This document shows positions 42,453 to 51,979 of a stretch of DNA of 52,620 bases, piece after piece. The notes beneath the pieces are model-generated. The model did no database searches, was not told the origin of the DNA, and was given only the letters and a program-made list of their open reading frames with translations. The stretch's first letter is position 1, and each line of letters starts with the position of its first letter. The stretch comes from an uncultured Gemmatimonadaceae bacterium (GTDB taxonomy: Bacteria; Gemmatimonadota; Gemmatimonadetes; Longimicrobiales; RSA9), in the NCBI GenBank assembly GCA_964444685.1, contig CAYUIG010000001.1:30687-83306 (forward strand), given 5' to 3'. Position numbers and translations under genes: made by a program.

Positions 42453-43515
42453 CGCGCCGTTTCGTCTGGATCGCAACGAGGACGAGCGTGATGATCGTCA
42501 GCGGCAGCACGAAGAGCGTCATCGCCGATGTGAAGATCGGCAGCACATCGTGTGCTGTCGCATCCAGCACGAGGAATGTTATGTACGCAACGTAGTAAAT
42601 CAGGAAGATCGCACCCTCCCGCCGGCCCACGCGGTACCCCGTCACGAAGATCGGCAGACATGCGATCGCCACTGCGAGCATGACCGGCATGTCGAACGTC
42701 AGCGCTGCAGTCGGGACATGCACGCCGACTGGCGACACCACCGCGGCCGTGCCCAGCACGAACATTAGATTGAAGATGTTGCTCCCCACGATGTTGCCCA
42801 CCGCGATGTCGCGCTCGCCTCGCAACGAGGCCGTCACGGATGTAGCCACTTCCGGCAGCGAGGTCCCTGCCGCGACGATCGTGAGCCCGATCACCAGCTC
42901 GTTCACGCCGAACCACCGGGCCAGCTCCACCGCTCCGTTCACCAGCCACCTTGACCCGAGCACCATGACACCAAGCCCACCCGCGATCAGCGCCAGGTCC
43001 TTCAGCCAGTCCAACGGATGCCGCGCAGCCCGGTCAGGCTCCACTTCGTTCATCCGGGCACGGCTCCGCCCCATCGCACGCGCCATCAACGTCGTGTACG
43101 TGAGGATTCCAGCAAGCAGCAACAGACCTTCCACGCGGCCGATCGACCCGTTCATCGCCATCATCATCACCAGTCCCGACACACCGATCATGATCGGCAC
43201 GTCGAGCCGGACGAGCTGCTGCGACACGACCAGCGGCGCCACCGCGGCGGAAAGGCCAAGGATGAGCAGCACATTGAAGATGTTGCTGCCCACCACATTG
43301 CCGAGCGCGATGTCCGACTGCCCGGCGAGCGATGCCTGCACGCCGACCAGGGCCTCCGGCGAACTCGTACCGAACGCAACGACCGTAAGCCCGATTGCAA
43401 GGGGCGGTGCGCCCAGCGCCGCAGCCAGCCGCGCTGCGCCACGCACCAGAGACTCAGCCCCCGCCATCAGCAGAATCAGACCCGCCGCGAACAGAATCAG
43501 CGTCGTCGCCGTCAA
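42436..43515 (-). CDS. CaCA-family cation (Ca2+/Na+) antiporter (YrbG-like)
   Basis: Two alpha-repeat motifs GNVVGSNIFNVLLILG and GNIVGSNIFNLMFVLG. About 10 TM helices. The 3' end overlaps arfB by 17 nt (convergent). Confidence 0.85.
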   Translation of the reverse strand: MTATTLILFAAGLILLMAGAESLVRGAARLAAALGAPPLAIGLTVVAFGTSSPEALVGVQASLAGQSDIALGNVVGSNIFNVLLILGLSAAVAPLVVSQQLVRLDVPIMIGVSGLVMMMAMNGSIGRVEGLLLLAGILTYTTLMARAMGRSRARMNEVEPDRAARHPLDWLKDLALIAGGLGVMVLGSRWLVNGAVELARWFGVNELVIGLTIVAAGTSLPEVATSVTASLRGERDIAVGNIVGSNIFNLMFVLGTAAVVSPVGVHVPTAALTFDMPVMLAVAIACLPIFVTGYRVGRREGAIFLIYYVAYITFLVLDATAHDVLPIFTSAMTLFVLPLTIITLVLVAIQTKRRVTPRE

Positions 43516-43700
43516 TCGGTTTCCTTTCCTGAAAGGCCCCTAGGTCTAGACGGCTGGCGTCGCGGTGTCAACGGAGTGCCGCTCCGCGTCCGCGAAGCCG
43601 CGGTGGCCTCGTAGCCGCGCCGTGACGGGGTACTCCGGGGCGGCGGCTCGCGGCGCGCGGTCGCCGCCCCCATACATCGAAATCACGCGCCTCCCCCACA

Positions 43701-44723
43701 GGGCTCTGTTCGCAGGAAGTGGTGGTGTCCTCTTGCGCTATGGCTTCGCCCCGAAGGTTCGTTGATCGTTGGCGCATGGACACGCGCACAATCCTCTCGC
43801 TGATGCGCGACACGCGGTTCGTCGACGGTGTGGCGTGCCCGCGCTGCGCTGCCAAACCGTGTCCGCGGTGGGGGCGGTTCAAGGGGCGTCAGCGATACAA
43901 GTGCCACGCCTGCCGGCGCACGTTCAGCGACCTCACCGGAACGCCGGCAGCGTACACGAAACGGATCGAGCAGTGGTGGCGCTACGCGTGCCTGATGCAG
44001 CTCGGAAAACCGATCCGACAGTCTGCACGGCACGTGGACATCCATCCGTGCACGGCCTTCCGGTGGCGACACGTCATCCTGCGTGCTTACGATGCGGCAG
44101 ATTCCACGACGTTGGCGGGCTGGATCGAAGTCGGGTCCGAGTGGTTCGCGTACTCCGAGAAAGGCAGCCGGAACCTCAGCCGGCCCGCGCGCCGCCGGGG
44201 TCTGCGCGAACCGTGGCCGGATGCGTGCAAGGGCGTCAACGTGCTGATCGCGGCGGACCGGCACGGGGACGTAAGCAGCACACTCGTGGGTCCCGCCAAT
44301 GCGCGCAGCCTCTACAGGTCCGATCTCGCTGCGAGCCTCGACGGCCGCGTATCCGACCACGCGACGCTCGTCATGCCGGTCGGGCCGTACGGGCCGGGAG
44401 CGGCGTATTCTCGATCGCATCGCCTGGACTACGTCGACTGTCGGCCGTCGTTGAATCCGCGACGCAATGCGCCGATCGCTCACGTCCGAACCGTGAACGC
44501 GTACGCGCGTCGATTAAAGCAGTGGATCCGACGCTTTCGAGGCGTTGCAACGAAGTATCTCAACAACTACCTCGCGTGGCATCGTGCATGTGACAACGAG
44601 ATCCGGAACAGTGCTGCCATGATGCTGCTACGTTGGCCTATGCCAACGAGTTACGGGTAGTGATCGCGGCGCGGCGCGTCCCGCACGAAAATCCACCATT
44701 TCCTGCGAACAAAGCCAGAGGGC
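43701..44723 (+). mobile_element. IS1595-family insertion sequence (ISXO2-like transposase) with ~25-30-bp imperfect terminal inverted repeats
   Basis: The left terminal repeat gggctctgttcgcaggaagtggtgg (43701-43725) is inverted relative to the right terminal repeat ccaccatttcctgcgaacaaagccagaggg (44693-44723). The core TTCGCAGGAA(G/A)TGGTGG matches 17/18. No clear target-site duplication was found. Confidence 0.75.
43776..44660 (+). CDS. IS1595-family transposase (N-terminal zinc ribbon + ISXO2-like DDE domain)
   Basis: The sequence contains CPRCAAKPCPRWGRFKGRQRYKCHACRRTFSDLTGT, WWRYACLMQLGKPIRQSARHVDIH and RFRGVATKYLNNYLAWH. Start is at the third in-frame initiator; alternatives are 43719 (GTG) and 43740 (ATG). 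Confidence 0.8.
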   Translation: MDTRTILSLMRDTRFVDGVACPRCAAKPCPRWGRFKGRQRYKCHACRRTFSDLTGTPAAYTKRIEQWWRYACLMQLGKPIRQSARHVDIHPCTAFRWRHVILRAYDAADSTTLAGWIEVGSEWFAYSEKGSRNLSRPARRRGLREPWPDACKGVNVLIAADRHGDVSSTLVGPANARSLYRSDLAASLDGRVSDHATLVMPVGPYGPGAAYSRSHRLDYVDCRPSLNPRRNAPIAHVRTVNAYARRLKQWIRRFRGVATKYLNNYLAWHRACDNEIRNSAAMMLLRWPMPTSYG

Positions 44724-44804
44724 TTCTTCGGTGAAGAAGGGGTGGTGTGGGGGGGCGCGGTGAGGGCCGCGCGGCGGCGCTGCACCAGAATGTCAGCCGG
44801 AATG

Positions 44805-46265
44805 TCAGCCGGCACGGAGGGCGGAGATCGGGGTGCGCCAGAAGGTCTGGCGGACGCGGAAGAAGAGCAGGATGGCGGTTGCGGCCAGGCCGAAGGAGAG
44901 GCCGGTCCAGATGCCCGTGGCGCCCATGCCGATGGGGAAGGCGAGGATCCAGGCGACGGGGAGTCCGACGCCCCAGTACCCGATACCTGCGAGGAGCATG
45001 GGTTTGCGGGTGTCGGCCGCGCCGCGCAGGACGGAGATGCCGGCGACCTGGGATGCGTCGAAGATCTGGAATGCGGCGGCGAAGAGCAGGAGTCGGGCGC
45101 CGAGGTCGACGATTTCCGGGTCGCTCGTGTACAGGCGGATCAACCCTTCGGGCATGAGGATGAAGCCGAGGGCGCAGAGGCCCATGAAGCCGCCGGCGAG
45201 GACGTAGGTGCTGATCGCGGCGCGTCGCATGGCGCGGGGGCGGTGTGCGCCGATGTGCTGGCCGACGCGGATGGAGCCGGCGAGGCTGACGCCGAGCGCG
45301 ACCATGAAGGTGGCGGAGGCGATGTTGATGGTGACCTGGTGGGCGGCGAGCTCCAGGGAACCGAGCCAGCCCATCATGACCGCGGCGAATGAGAAGAGGC
45401 CGACCTCGAGGCCGTACTGCGCGCCGATGGGTGTGCCGACGCGCAGGATGCCGGCGAGGAGCGGGCGGTCGGGGCGGAGTCCGGGCGCACGGGCGCGGCG
45501 GCGGCTGGGGTGTACGGCAATGCAGGCGATCATGGCGAGGCACATGCCCCAGCGGACGATGGAGGTGGCAATGCCGCTGCCGACGACGCCCAGTGCGGGG
45601 ATCCAACCCTCGACGCCGTAGATCAGGATCCAGTTGGCGACGATGTTGACCGCGAGGGCGAAGAAGGTGATGACCATCGGCGGTCGCACGGAGCCGAGTC
45701 CTTCGAGGTACTGTCGTCCGGCCATGAAGACGAAATAGGGGGTAACGCCCCACGACAGGGCGCGCATGTATCCGCCGGTGAGTGCAGCGACCTCGGGATC
45801 CTGACCGAGCGCGAGGGCGATGGGCTCGCCGAGCAGGTTCATGACGGCGATCGGGACGGACAACACGAGGGCGAGCCAGGTGCCCTGGACGAGTACGCGT
45901 CGTGTGCGGTCGAGGTCGCCGGCGCCGAAGGCCTGGCTGACGAGCGGTGACATCCCGACGATGACACCCGTACAGATGACAAGTCCGAAGAAATGGATGG
46001 CACTGCCGAGGCCGGCCGCGGCGAGCGGGATGGCGCCGAGTGGGCCGACCATGATGGTGTCGGCCGTGTTCATGCCGACCTGGCCGAGCTGGCTCACGAT
46101 GATGGGACCGGCGAGTGCGAGCAGGCTCTTCAGCTCATGGAGCCCGAGGCGGCGCCGTCGCCCGGTCGATCGGGATCGTGGGCGACGATGCCGGTCAGGA
46201 GCGGGCCGAGCGCCAACCCCACCGGCGTCCTCGCGCGCCCAGCGGGCCTCCGCACGGGAGTTCAT
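44805..46265 (-). CDS. MATE-family multidrug/toxin efflux transporter
   Basis: Twelve TM helices with MATE N-terminal motif LKSLLALAGPIIVSQLGQ. There is an Arg-rich ~45-aa N-terminal extension and no alternative start downstream. Confidence 0.85.
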   Translation of the reverse strand: MNSRAEARWAREDAGGVGARPAPDRHRRPRSRSTGRRRRLGLHELKSLLALAGPIIVSQLGQVGMNTADTIMVGPLGAIPLAAAGLGSAIHFFGLVICTGVIVGMSPLVSQAFGAGDLDRTRRVLVQGTWLALVLSVPIAVMNLLGEPIALALGQDPEVAALTGGYMRALSWGVTPYFVFMAGRQYLEGLGSVRPPMVITFFALAVNIVANWILIYGVEGWIPALGVVGSGIATSIVRWGMCLAMIACIAVHPSRRRARAPGLRPDRPLLAGILRVGTPIGAQYGLEVGLFSFAAVMMGWLGSLELAAHQVTINIASATFMVALGVSLAGSIRVGQHIGAHRPRAMRRAAISTYVLAGGFMGLCALGFILMPEGLIRLYTSDPEIVDLGARLLLFAAAFQIFDASQVAGISVLRGAADTRKPMLLAGIGYWGVGLPVAWILAFPIGMGATGIWTGLSFGLAATAILLFFRVRQTFWRTPISALRAG

Positions 46266-46458
46266 ACGTTCTTCGCCAGCCTTTCAACGCGTGACGGCGG
46301 CAGCATCGTTTACGCTACCAGGCGCACCCGGATCTCCATGCGGCTTCCTTCCGCCCCGACGGACATGCTGTACTGCGGGTAAAGAGCACAGCGTGCGAAA
46401 GCCGACCGGATCATAATGGGACACTGCATCGCCACGTTCCTCGAGTAGCGCCTCAGGC

Positions 46459-46493
46459 TGGTGCAATGAAAAAAAGCGGGCCGCGCCCGAGGA
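46459..46493 (-). terminator. Rho-independent terminator (minus strand)
   Basis: Stem gcgggccgcg/cgcggcccgc. Seven A on the plus strand give a U7 tract after the stem for the minus-strand gene ending at 46526. Confidence 0.75.
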
Positions 46494-46525
46494 CGCGGCC
46501 CGCAGGATATTCGCGTCGGATATCG

Positions 46526-47152
46526 TCAGAACAGCCTGAGCGCCACGGCGCCGATGAAGCGGCCGGGGATACGTCCGGGCACGGGGCAATGGTCGCCGCC
46601 GCCGATGGTCCAGCCGGTGCCGCTCCCACTGCCACCGCCCGCCTGACCGACGCCGCCCTCGCGCGCCCAGCGCCGCTTCGCCTCGCCGACGGAGCCCGGC
46701 TCATAGACGGGCACGGTGGCGACCATGGTCTGGGCCTCGGGCAGCTTCGTGATGTCCACCGCCGCGTTCTGTGCCGCGTTGAGCGGGTCGACGACGAGGA
46801 GCGCATCGTAGTTGCGTTCGTCCGAAGCCACGGCGGCTACCTCCATGCCGTGGTCCGAGTCCGGGATCATGCGCGGCATCGCGGTGGCCGCGAGGGTCGG
46901 GCCGTCGCCGCCGCTCTCGCCGGTGTCGCCACCGCCGAAGTCGGGCAGCCGTCCCTCGAACTGCACGACCTGCATAGCCTCCTCGGGCGGCGCGGGCGCA
47001 TCGGCGAACGTGATCTGGCGTTCGGCGGCGGGATCGACCGTGACCTCGAAGCGCAGCAGGGCGACGAGGGCTGCGTGAATGCCGATCGACAGGCCGAGAC
47101 CGATGAAGAGGGCGCGGCCGAAGCGACGGTCGATGCGGATCTGACGTGACAT
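46526..47152 (-). CDS. membrane-anchored Pro/Gly-rich hypothetical protein (TonB-like architecture)
   Basis: Internal ATG gives MSRQIRIDRRFGRALFIGLGLSIGIHAALVALL (N-terminal TM), then a PAPPEE linker. It is followed by a good terminator. No family identified. Coordinates follow the track frame. Confidence 0.45.
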   Translation of the reverse strand: MSRQIRIDRRFGRALFIGLGLSIGIHAALVALLRFEVTVDPAAERQITFADAPAPPEEAMQVVQFEGRLPDFGGGDTGESGGDGPTLAATAMPRMIPDSDHGMEVAAVASDERNYDALLVVDPLNAAQNAAVDITKLPEAQTMVATVPVYEPGSVGEAKRRWAREGGVGQAGGGSGSGTGWTIGGGDHCPVPGRIPGRFIGAVALRLF

Positions 47153-47371
47153 GAGGTCCTCCCTCGAACAGCGCCGACAACGGAGGATCGCGGCTCCTCC
47201 TGAGGGTCGCAAGTGTCAGAGGCGACTCCGGGTGGAACACGGCCCGGACGGCCGAAGTTCCATGGGCCCCGCGCCGCGCGATTTGAGCCGGGGCCCCATG
47301 GGGCTTATGTTGAGCGTGACCCTTCATTTGCGACCGGCGCGCTGGCCGCCGGCGCAACCCGACCCGGTGAC

Positions 47372-47971
47372 ATGACCACGTTCTACTGGTTCGCGCTGAT
47401 CGTCGGCGCCGGGATGCTCGGCCTGTCCCTGTTCGGCGACCTTTTCGACCACGGCGGCGGCGACCTGCACATGGATGCAGGAGGCGTCGATGCCGACGGA
47501 CACGTGGCCGATCACGGCTTCACGATCCTGTCCACCCGGAACGCGATCTACGCGCTGTTCGCGTTCGGCGCGACGGGGCTTTTGCTGAACTGGGTATGGG
47601 CGGGCGCGCGGTCGCCGGTGGTATTCGCGGTGGCCGCCGCCGTTGGGCTGGCGGGCGGCGCGATCGCAGGCCTGGCGTTCGGCTGGGTCGGCCGGACGGA
47701 GAGCGGAACGATGCTCGACGACCGGGGCTGGATCGGGCGAACCGGACGCGTCCTTCTCCCGCTCACGACGACGGGCACGGGCAAGATCATGGTGGACCGG
47801 GCGGGCCGCGAATACGAGCTGCTCGCGCGCCCGTTCGAACCGGAGGACGATCCGGAGGACTGGAGCCGCGTGCTGATCGTCGAGATGGACGGCGCCGTGG
47901 CGCTCGTGTCGCGCTACGATGACCGGCTGGAGGACAGCGATCCCTTCCGCCTCACCTCGAAAACGGAGTAA
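47372..47971 (+). CDS. NfeD/YqiJ-like membrane protein (flotillin partner)
   Basis: Internal ATG (MTTFYWFALIVGAGMLGLSLFG). Three TM helices are followed by a C-terminal OB-fold-like region. The gene lies 4 nt upstream of the flotillin gene. Confidence 0.7.
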   Translation: MTTFYWFALIVGAGMLGLSLFGDLFDHGGGDLHMDAGGVDADGHVADHGFTILSTRNAIYALFAFGATGLLLNWVWAGARSPVVFAVAAAVGLAGGAIAGLAFGWVGRTESGTMLDDRGWIGRTGRVLLPLTTTGTGKIMVDRAGREYELLARPFEPEDDPEDWSRVLIVEMDGAVALVSRYDDRLEDSDPFRLTSKTE

Positions 47972-47974
47972 CCC

Positions 47975-49468
47975 ATGTTCGCGCAGATCGGCGTCATTGC
48001 CGGAGTCGTCGTGCTGGCGGTCGCGGTACTCGCGATTCTGGCCATCAGTCGTCTGATCGTGATCGTGCCGCCCAACAGCGCGGCGGTGATCACGGGCCGC
48101 AAGCGACTCCTCGAGGAAGGGCTCACGGTGGGATACCGCACCGTCACGGGCGGCCGCACGCTCCGGATCCCGATTGTCGAGAAGGTTCAGTGGCTGGCGC
48201 TCGGCACGATCCCGCTCGAGCTGTCGGTCACGGATGCGTATTCGAAGGGGAACGTCCCGCTGTCGGTTCAGGCGGTGGCCAATGTGAAGATCGCATCGAC
48301 GCCGGAGCACGTGTTCAACAACGCGGTCGAGCGACTGCTCGGGAAGGACATCAAGCAGATCGAGGCGCTCGCGCGCGAGACGCTCACGGGCAACCTGCGC
48401 GGCGTGCTGGCCAAGCTCACGCCCGAGGAAGTGAACGAGGATCGGCTCGGTTTCGCGAAACATCTGTCCGAGGAGGCGGATCACGACCTGAAGAAGCTGG
48501 GGCTGCAGCTGGACGTGCTGAAGATCCAGCACGTGAGCGACCGCGTGGGCTACCTCCAGGCGATCGGCGAGAAGGCTACGGCCGAAGCGATCCGCGATGC
48601 GGAGATCGCGAAGGCGGACGCGATCTCGGAGACGCGGCAGAAGCAGGCGGAAGCGAAGCGGCTGGCGGAAGTCGCGGACGCGGAGAACGAAGCGGAGATC
48701 AAGCAACGGCAGGCGGCGGCGCGGCAGATCGCTGAAATCGCCGAGGCCGAAGCGCAGGCGGAGATCCGCAGGAAGCAGGCGGAGGCGAAGCGTCTCGCGG
48801 AGATCGCGGATGCCGAGGCGCAGGCGCAGATCCGCACGCAGCAGGCGGTCGCGCGACAGACGGCGGACGTTGCGGCCGCGCAGGCGGACGTAGCGATCGC
48901 GGAGGCGCGCAACAAACTGCGCGTGCGTCAGGCCGAGCTGGACCGTGAGGCCGAGACCGCGGAGAAGGTCGCGCGTGTTGCGGCGGAGCAGGCCGAGACC
49001 GAAGCGCGCACGCGTCTCGAGGCGCAGCGCGTAGATATGGAGAAGACACGGCTGCAGGCCGATGTCGTGCAGCCCGCGGAGGCGGATCGGCTTGCAGCCG
49101 AAGCGAAGGCGAAAGCGCAGGCGGCCCCGATCATCGAGCAGGGTCAGGCGCAGGCGCAGGTGCTGCGCATGCTGTACGCCGAGATCGAGCGCGGCGGCGC
49201 GGGTGGCCTCCAGGTTTTCCTCGCCGAGAAGCTGCCCGCACTGCTGAGTGTGGTCGTCGATGCGATGAAGGACGTCGAGATCCAGCGGCTCACCGTGATC
49301 GACAGCGGCGGGGGCCAGGGCGTCGCGAACGCCGCGACGCAGCGCGTCAACGCGTCGCTCGCAGCATTGGAGCAGGTTGCGGGCGCGATGGGTCTCGACC
49401 TCGACCAGTTCCTCGGACGGATCACGCGCGTGGATGGCGCGGCCGTGCCGGCACGGACCGAAGACTGA
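47975..49468 (+). CDS. flotillin-family SPFH/band-7 protein (YqiK-like)
   Basis: N-terminal TM helix. SPFH core IVIVPPNSAAVITGRK...GNVPLSVQAVANVKI. A long EA-rich coiled coil with internal repeats is present. Confidence 0.85.
   Translation: MFAQIGVIAGVVVLAVAVLAILAISRLIVIVPPNSAAVITGRKRLLEEGLTVGYRTVTGGRTLRIPIVEKVQWLALGTIPLELSVTDAYSKGNVPLSVQAVANVKIASTPEHVFNNAVERLLGKDIKQIEALARETLTGNLRGVLAKLTPEEVNEDRLGFAKHLSEEADHDLKKLGLQLDVLKIQHVSDRVGYLQAIGEKATAEAIRDAEIAKADAISETRQKQAEAKRLAEVADAENEAEIKQRQAAARQIAEIAEAEAQAEIRRKQAEAKRLAEIADAEAQAQIRTQQAVARQTADVAAAQADVAIAEARNKLRVRQAELDREAETAEKVARVAAEQAETEARTRLEAQRVDMEKTRLQADVVQPAEADRLAAEAKAKAQAAPIIEQGQAQAQVLRMLYAEIERGGAGGLQVFLAEKLPALLSVVVDAMKDVEIQRLTVIDSGGGQGVANAATQRVNASLAALEQVAGAMGLDLDQFLGRITRVDGAAVPARTED
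48636..48843 (+). repeat. ~78-bp in-frame tandem duplication within the flotillin coiled coil
   Basis: Copies encode RQKQAEAKRLAEVADAENEAEIKQRQ and RRKQAEAKRLAEIADAEAQAQIRTQQ. Confidence 0.7.
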
Positions 49469-49491
49469 CGTTCACCCGAACCACGAGGACC

Positions 49492-50850
49492 ATGAGCTTC
49501 CGTATCCGCAGCCTCGTTCCCGTCGCTGCCGCGCTGGCGCTCGCGACCGCCGACGCAGCCGCGCAGGCGCCGCCGCCTGCGGTGGACCCGCGCATCCAGG
49601 AGATCGTCGCAGCGGTTTCGGCCGAACGGCTCGAGGCCGACATCCGCCGGCTCGCCGGATTCGGCACGCGCAACACGTTCTCCGACACGCTGTCGGATAC
49701 GCGCGGCATCGGCGCCGCACGCCGCTGGATCAAGGCGGAGTTCGACAGAATCTCGGCCGAGTGCGGCGGCTGCCTCGAGGTGTCGTTCGAGGGGCACCTC
49801 CAGACGGAGAATGCGCCGCAGCCGACGAACGTCGTCAACGTGATGGCGATCCAGCGCGGGACCACGCATCCCAACCGCTACATCATCATGTCCGGCGACA
49901 TCGACTCACGGAACTCGAACACGCGCGACGGCGAGGGCGATGCGCCGGGCGCGAACGACAACGCGTCCGGCATGGCGGGCGTGATCGAGGCCGCGCGCGT
50001 GCTGTCGAAGTACGACTTCGGATCGAGCGTCGTGTACCTCGGGCTGTCGGGTGAGGAACAGGGGCTGTGGGGCGGGACGCACATCGCGCAGATCGCGAAG
50101 GAGCAGGGCTGGGACATCGTCGCCGTGCTGAACAACGACATGATCGGCAACATCCACGGCATCGACGGCGTGATCGACAACCGCACGTTCCGCATCTTCT
50201 CCGAGCCGTTCCCTCCCGAGGTGGAGGCGGCTGCGCTGCGCAACATGCGCTTCTACGGCGGTGAGGTGGACGGCCCGTCGCGGCAGATCGCGCGCTACGT
50301 GGCGCGGATGTCGGAGACGTACCTGACCGATGCGGAGCCCATGATGATCTACCGGCTGGACCGCTTCGGGCGTGGCGGACACCACCGCCCGTTCAACGAT
50401 CTCGGGTTCCCGGGCGTGCGCATCATGGAGGCGCACGAGAACTACGTGATGCAGCACCAGAACCTGCGCACCGAGAACGGCATCGCGTACGGCGACGTCA
50501 TCGAGGGTGTGGACTTCGATTATGCGCGCAAGCTGACGGCGGTGAACGCGATCACGATGGCCGGAATCGCATGGGGCCCGCCCGCTCCGACGAACGTCGG
50601 CATCGCGGGCGCCGTGCGGGCGTCGACGACGCTGTCGTGGGACGCGGTGACGGACCCGAATCTCGCGGGCTACAAGGTGTACTGGCGCGCAACCACGGCG
50701 CCGCAGTGGGAGCACGCGCGCTTCGTGGGGACCGTGACCGAGTACACGCTCGAGAACATCATCATCGACAACTACCTGTTCGGCGTCGCGGCCGTGGGCC
50801 GTGACGGGAACGAGAGCCCGGTCGTCTTCCCGAGCGTCCGCCGCCGCTGA
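49492..50850 (+). CDS. secreted M28 family peptidase with C-terminal fibronectin type III-like domain
   Basis: A signal peptide is present. The M28 blocks are NDNASGMAGVIEAARVL, GLSGEEQGLWG and NNDMIG. The C-terminal PPAPTNV...LAGYKVYWR resembles FN3. A GC hairpin follows the stop. Confidence 0.8.
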   Translation: MSFRIRSLVPVAAALALATADAAAQAPPPAVDPRIQEIVAAVSAERLEADIRRLAGFGTRNTFSDTLSDTRGIGAARRWIKAEFDRISAECGGCLEVSFEGHLQTENAPQPTNVVNVMAIQRGTTHPNRYIIMSGDIDSRNSNTRDGEGDAPGANDNASGMAGVIEAARVLSKYDFGSSVVYLGLSGEEQGLWGGTHIAQIAKEQGWDIVAVLNNDMIGNIHGIDGVIDNRTFRIFSEPFPPEVEAAALRNMRFYGGEVDGPSRQIARYVARMSETYLTDAEPMMIYRLDRFGRGGHHRPFNDLGFPGVRIMEAHENYVMQHQNLRTENGIAYGDVIEGVDFDYARKLTAVNAITMAGIAWGPPAPTNVGIAGAVRASTTLSWDAVTDPNLAGYKVYWRATTAPQWEHARFVGTVTEYTLENIIIDNYLFGVAAVGRDGNESPVVFPSVRRR

Positions 50851-50978
50851 TCCGGTGGGCCCCCGTCCCGTGGCGGGGCGGGGGCCTTCCACCGGCGGGA
50901 TAGAACAAAAGGCTTGCGGTCGCGGGTTTCCCGGGCCAATACTGCTGCCTCTCCCCTCGACAGAACGTCGGAGCTCCG

Positions 50979-51422
50979 ATGAAGGAAGCGACCGCCCCCG
51001 GCCAGAGGCCTGTCCGGGTCGTGGCCCGCGAACGCATCCGCTCACGCCCGGTCCAGAAGGATCGGACGCGCGCCATGCTGGCGCTGATGCTCGTCGCGGT
51101 GATTGCGGCCACGGCCGTGTACTTCGTGCGCGAATCCCGCCGGCCCGCCGCCGTCGATACGGCGACGGAGCAGGAGGGGCTGCGCGTGCTCATGTACATG
51201 ACGGTCAGGGGCATCGAAGGGCACCGCAACCGCACCGGTTTACTGCCGCGGACCCTGGAAGCGGTCGGCCTCGATGACCCCACGCTCACGTACGAGCTGC
51301 AGGACGGCGGCTACGTGCTGACGGGGCAGGCCTCGGACTCGGAGACGCGTGTGACGTACCGGTCGGGCGAGGACCTGGGTCTGTTCGAGGGCGCGTTCCA
51401 CCGCATGCGCGAGGCCTCATGA
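50979..51422 (+). CDS. hypothetical membrane-anchored protein
   Basis: One TM helix (AMLALMLVAVIAATAVYF). The stop overlaps the start of the following pilin-like gene (ATGA). The start is uncertain and M33 is possible. Confidence 0.4.
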   Translation: MKEATAPGQRPVRVVARERIRSRPVQKDRTRAMLALMLVAVIAATAVYFVRESRRPAAVDTATEQEGLRVLMYMTVRGIEGHRNRTGLLPRTLEAVGLDDPTLTYELQDGGYVLTGQASDSETRVTYRSGEDLGLFEGAFHRMREAS

Positions 51423-51895
51423 GAAGGGCACAGGTTCATGGGAGGCGGCCGGGGTTCACGCTCGTCGAAGTGCTGACGGTGATCGTGCTTCTCGGTGCGC
51501 TGGTTGTCATCGCAGTCCCGCACTACACGGATGCGACGCGAGCGGCCGATGCGGCCGCGGTGGTTTCGGATTTCCACACGGTACACGTCGCGGGGATGAT
51601 GCATCTCGCGGACAGGGAGACGTTTCCCCCGACCGCGCCCGAGGGAGAGGTGCCGCCCGAGCTGGTCAGCTATCTGCCCGACGGGTTCTCGTTCACGTAC
51701 AAGGGCGGAGTCGTGACCTATCGCTGGCGCCTCTGGGGCAGCTCGGACGGGACGATGAGCAACGTGGAGCACGCGATGGTGGCGGGCCTGGAGGTCCACA
51801 GCGAGGACGAGAAGCTGATGGCCGCCATCCAGCACGGCTTCCGCGGCGCGCAGACGATCCAGGACAAGAAGAAGACGACGTTCGTCATCCACTGA
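51419..51895 (+). CDS. prepilin-type N-terminal cleavage/methylation domain protein (type IV pilin / pseudopilin-like)
   Basis: The N-terminus ...RRPG|FTLVEVLTVIVLLGALVVIAVP carries the class III signal with Glu at +5. Confidence 0.7.
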   Translation: MRRAQVHGRRPGFTLVEVLTVIVLLGALVVIAVPHYTDATRAADAAAVVSDFHTVHVAGMMHLADRETFPPTAPEGEVPPELVSYLPDGFSFTYKGGVVTYRWRLWGSSDGTMSNVEHAMVAGLEVHSEDEKLMAAIQHGFRGAQTIQDKKKTTFVIH

Positions 51896-51979
51896 CGCAT
51901 CCCGCCGTTTGACGTGCGCGGTCGGGACCCGCGATGTTGTGCGGGTCCCGTAGCTTCGACCGCACGCACGAGATCAGCC

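Noticed and set aside
44733-44750. Extra partial copy of the inner IS repeat motif outside the right terminal repeat as a second IS end
   Set aside because: Only ~12 of 15 matches, with no transposase remnant. Mentioned under the IS finding but not annotated.
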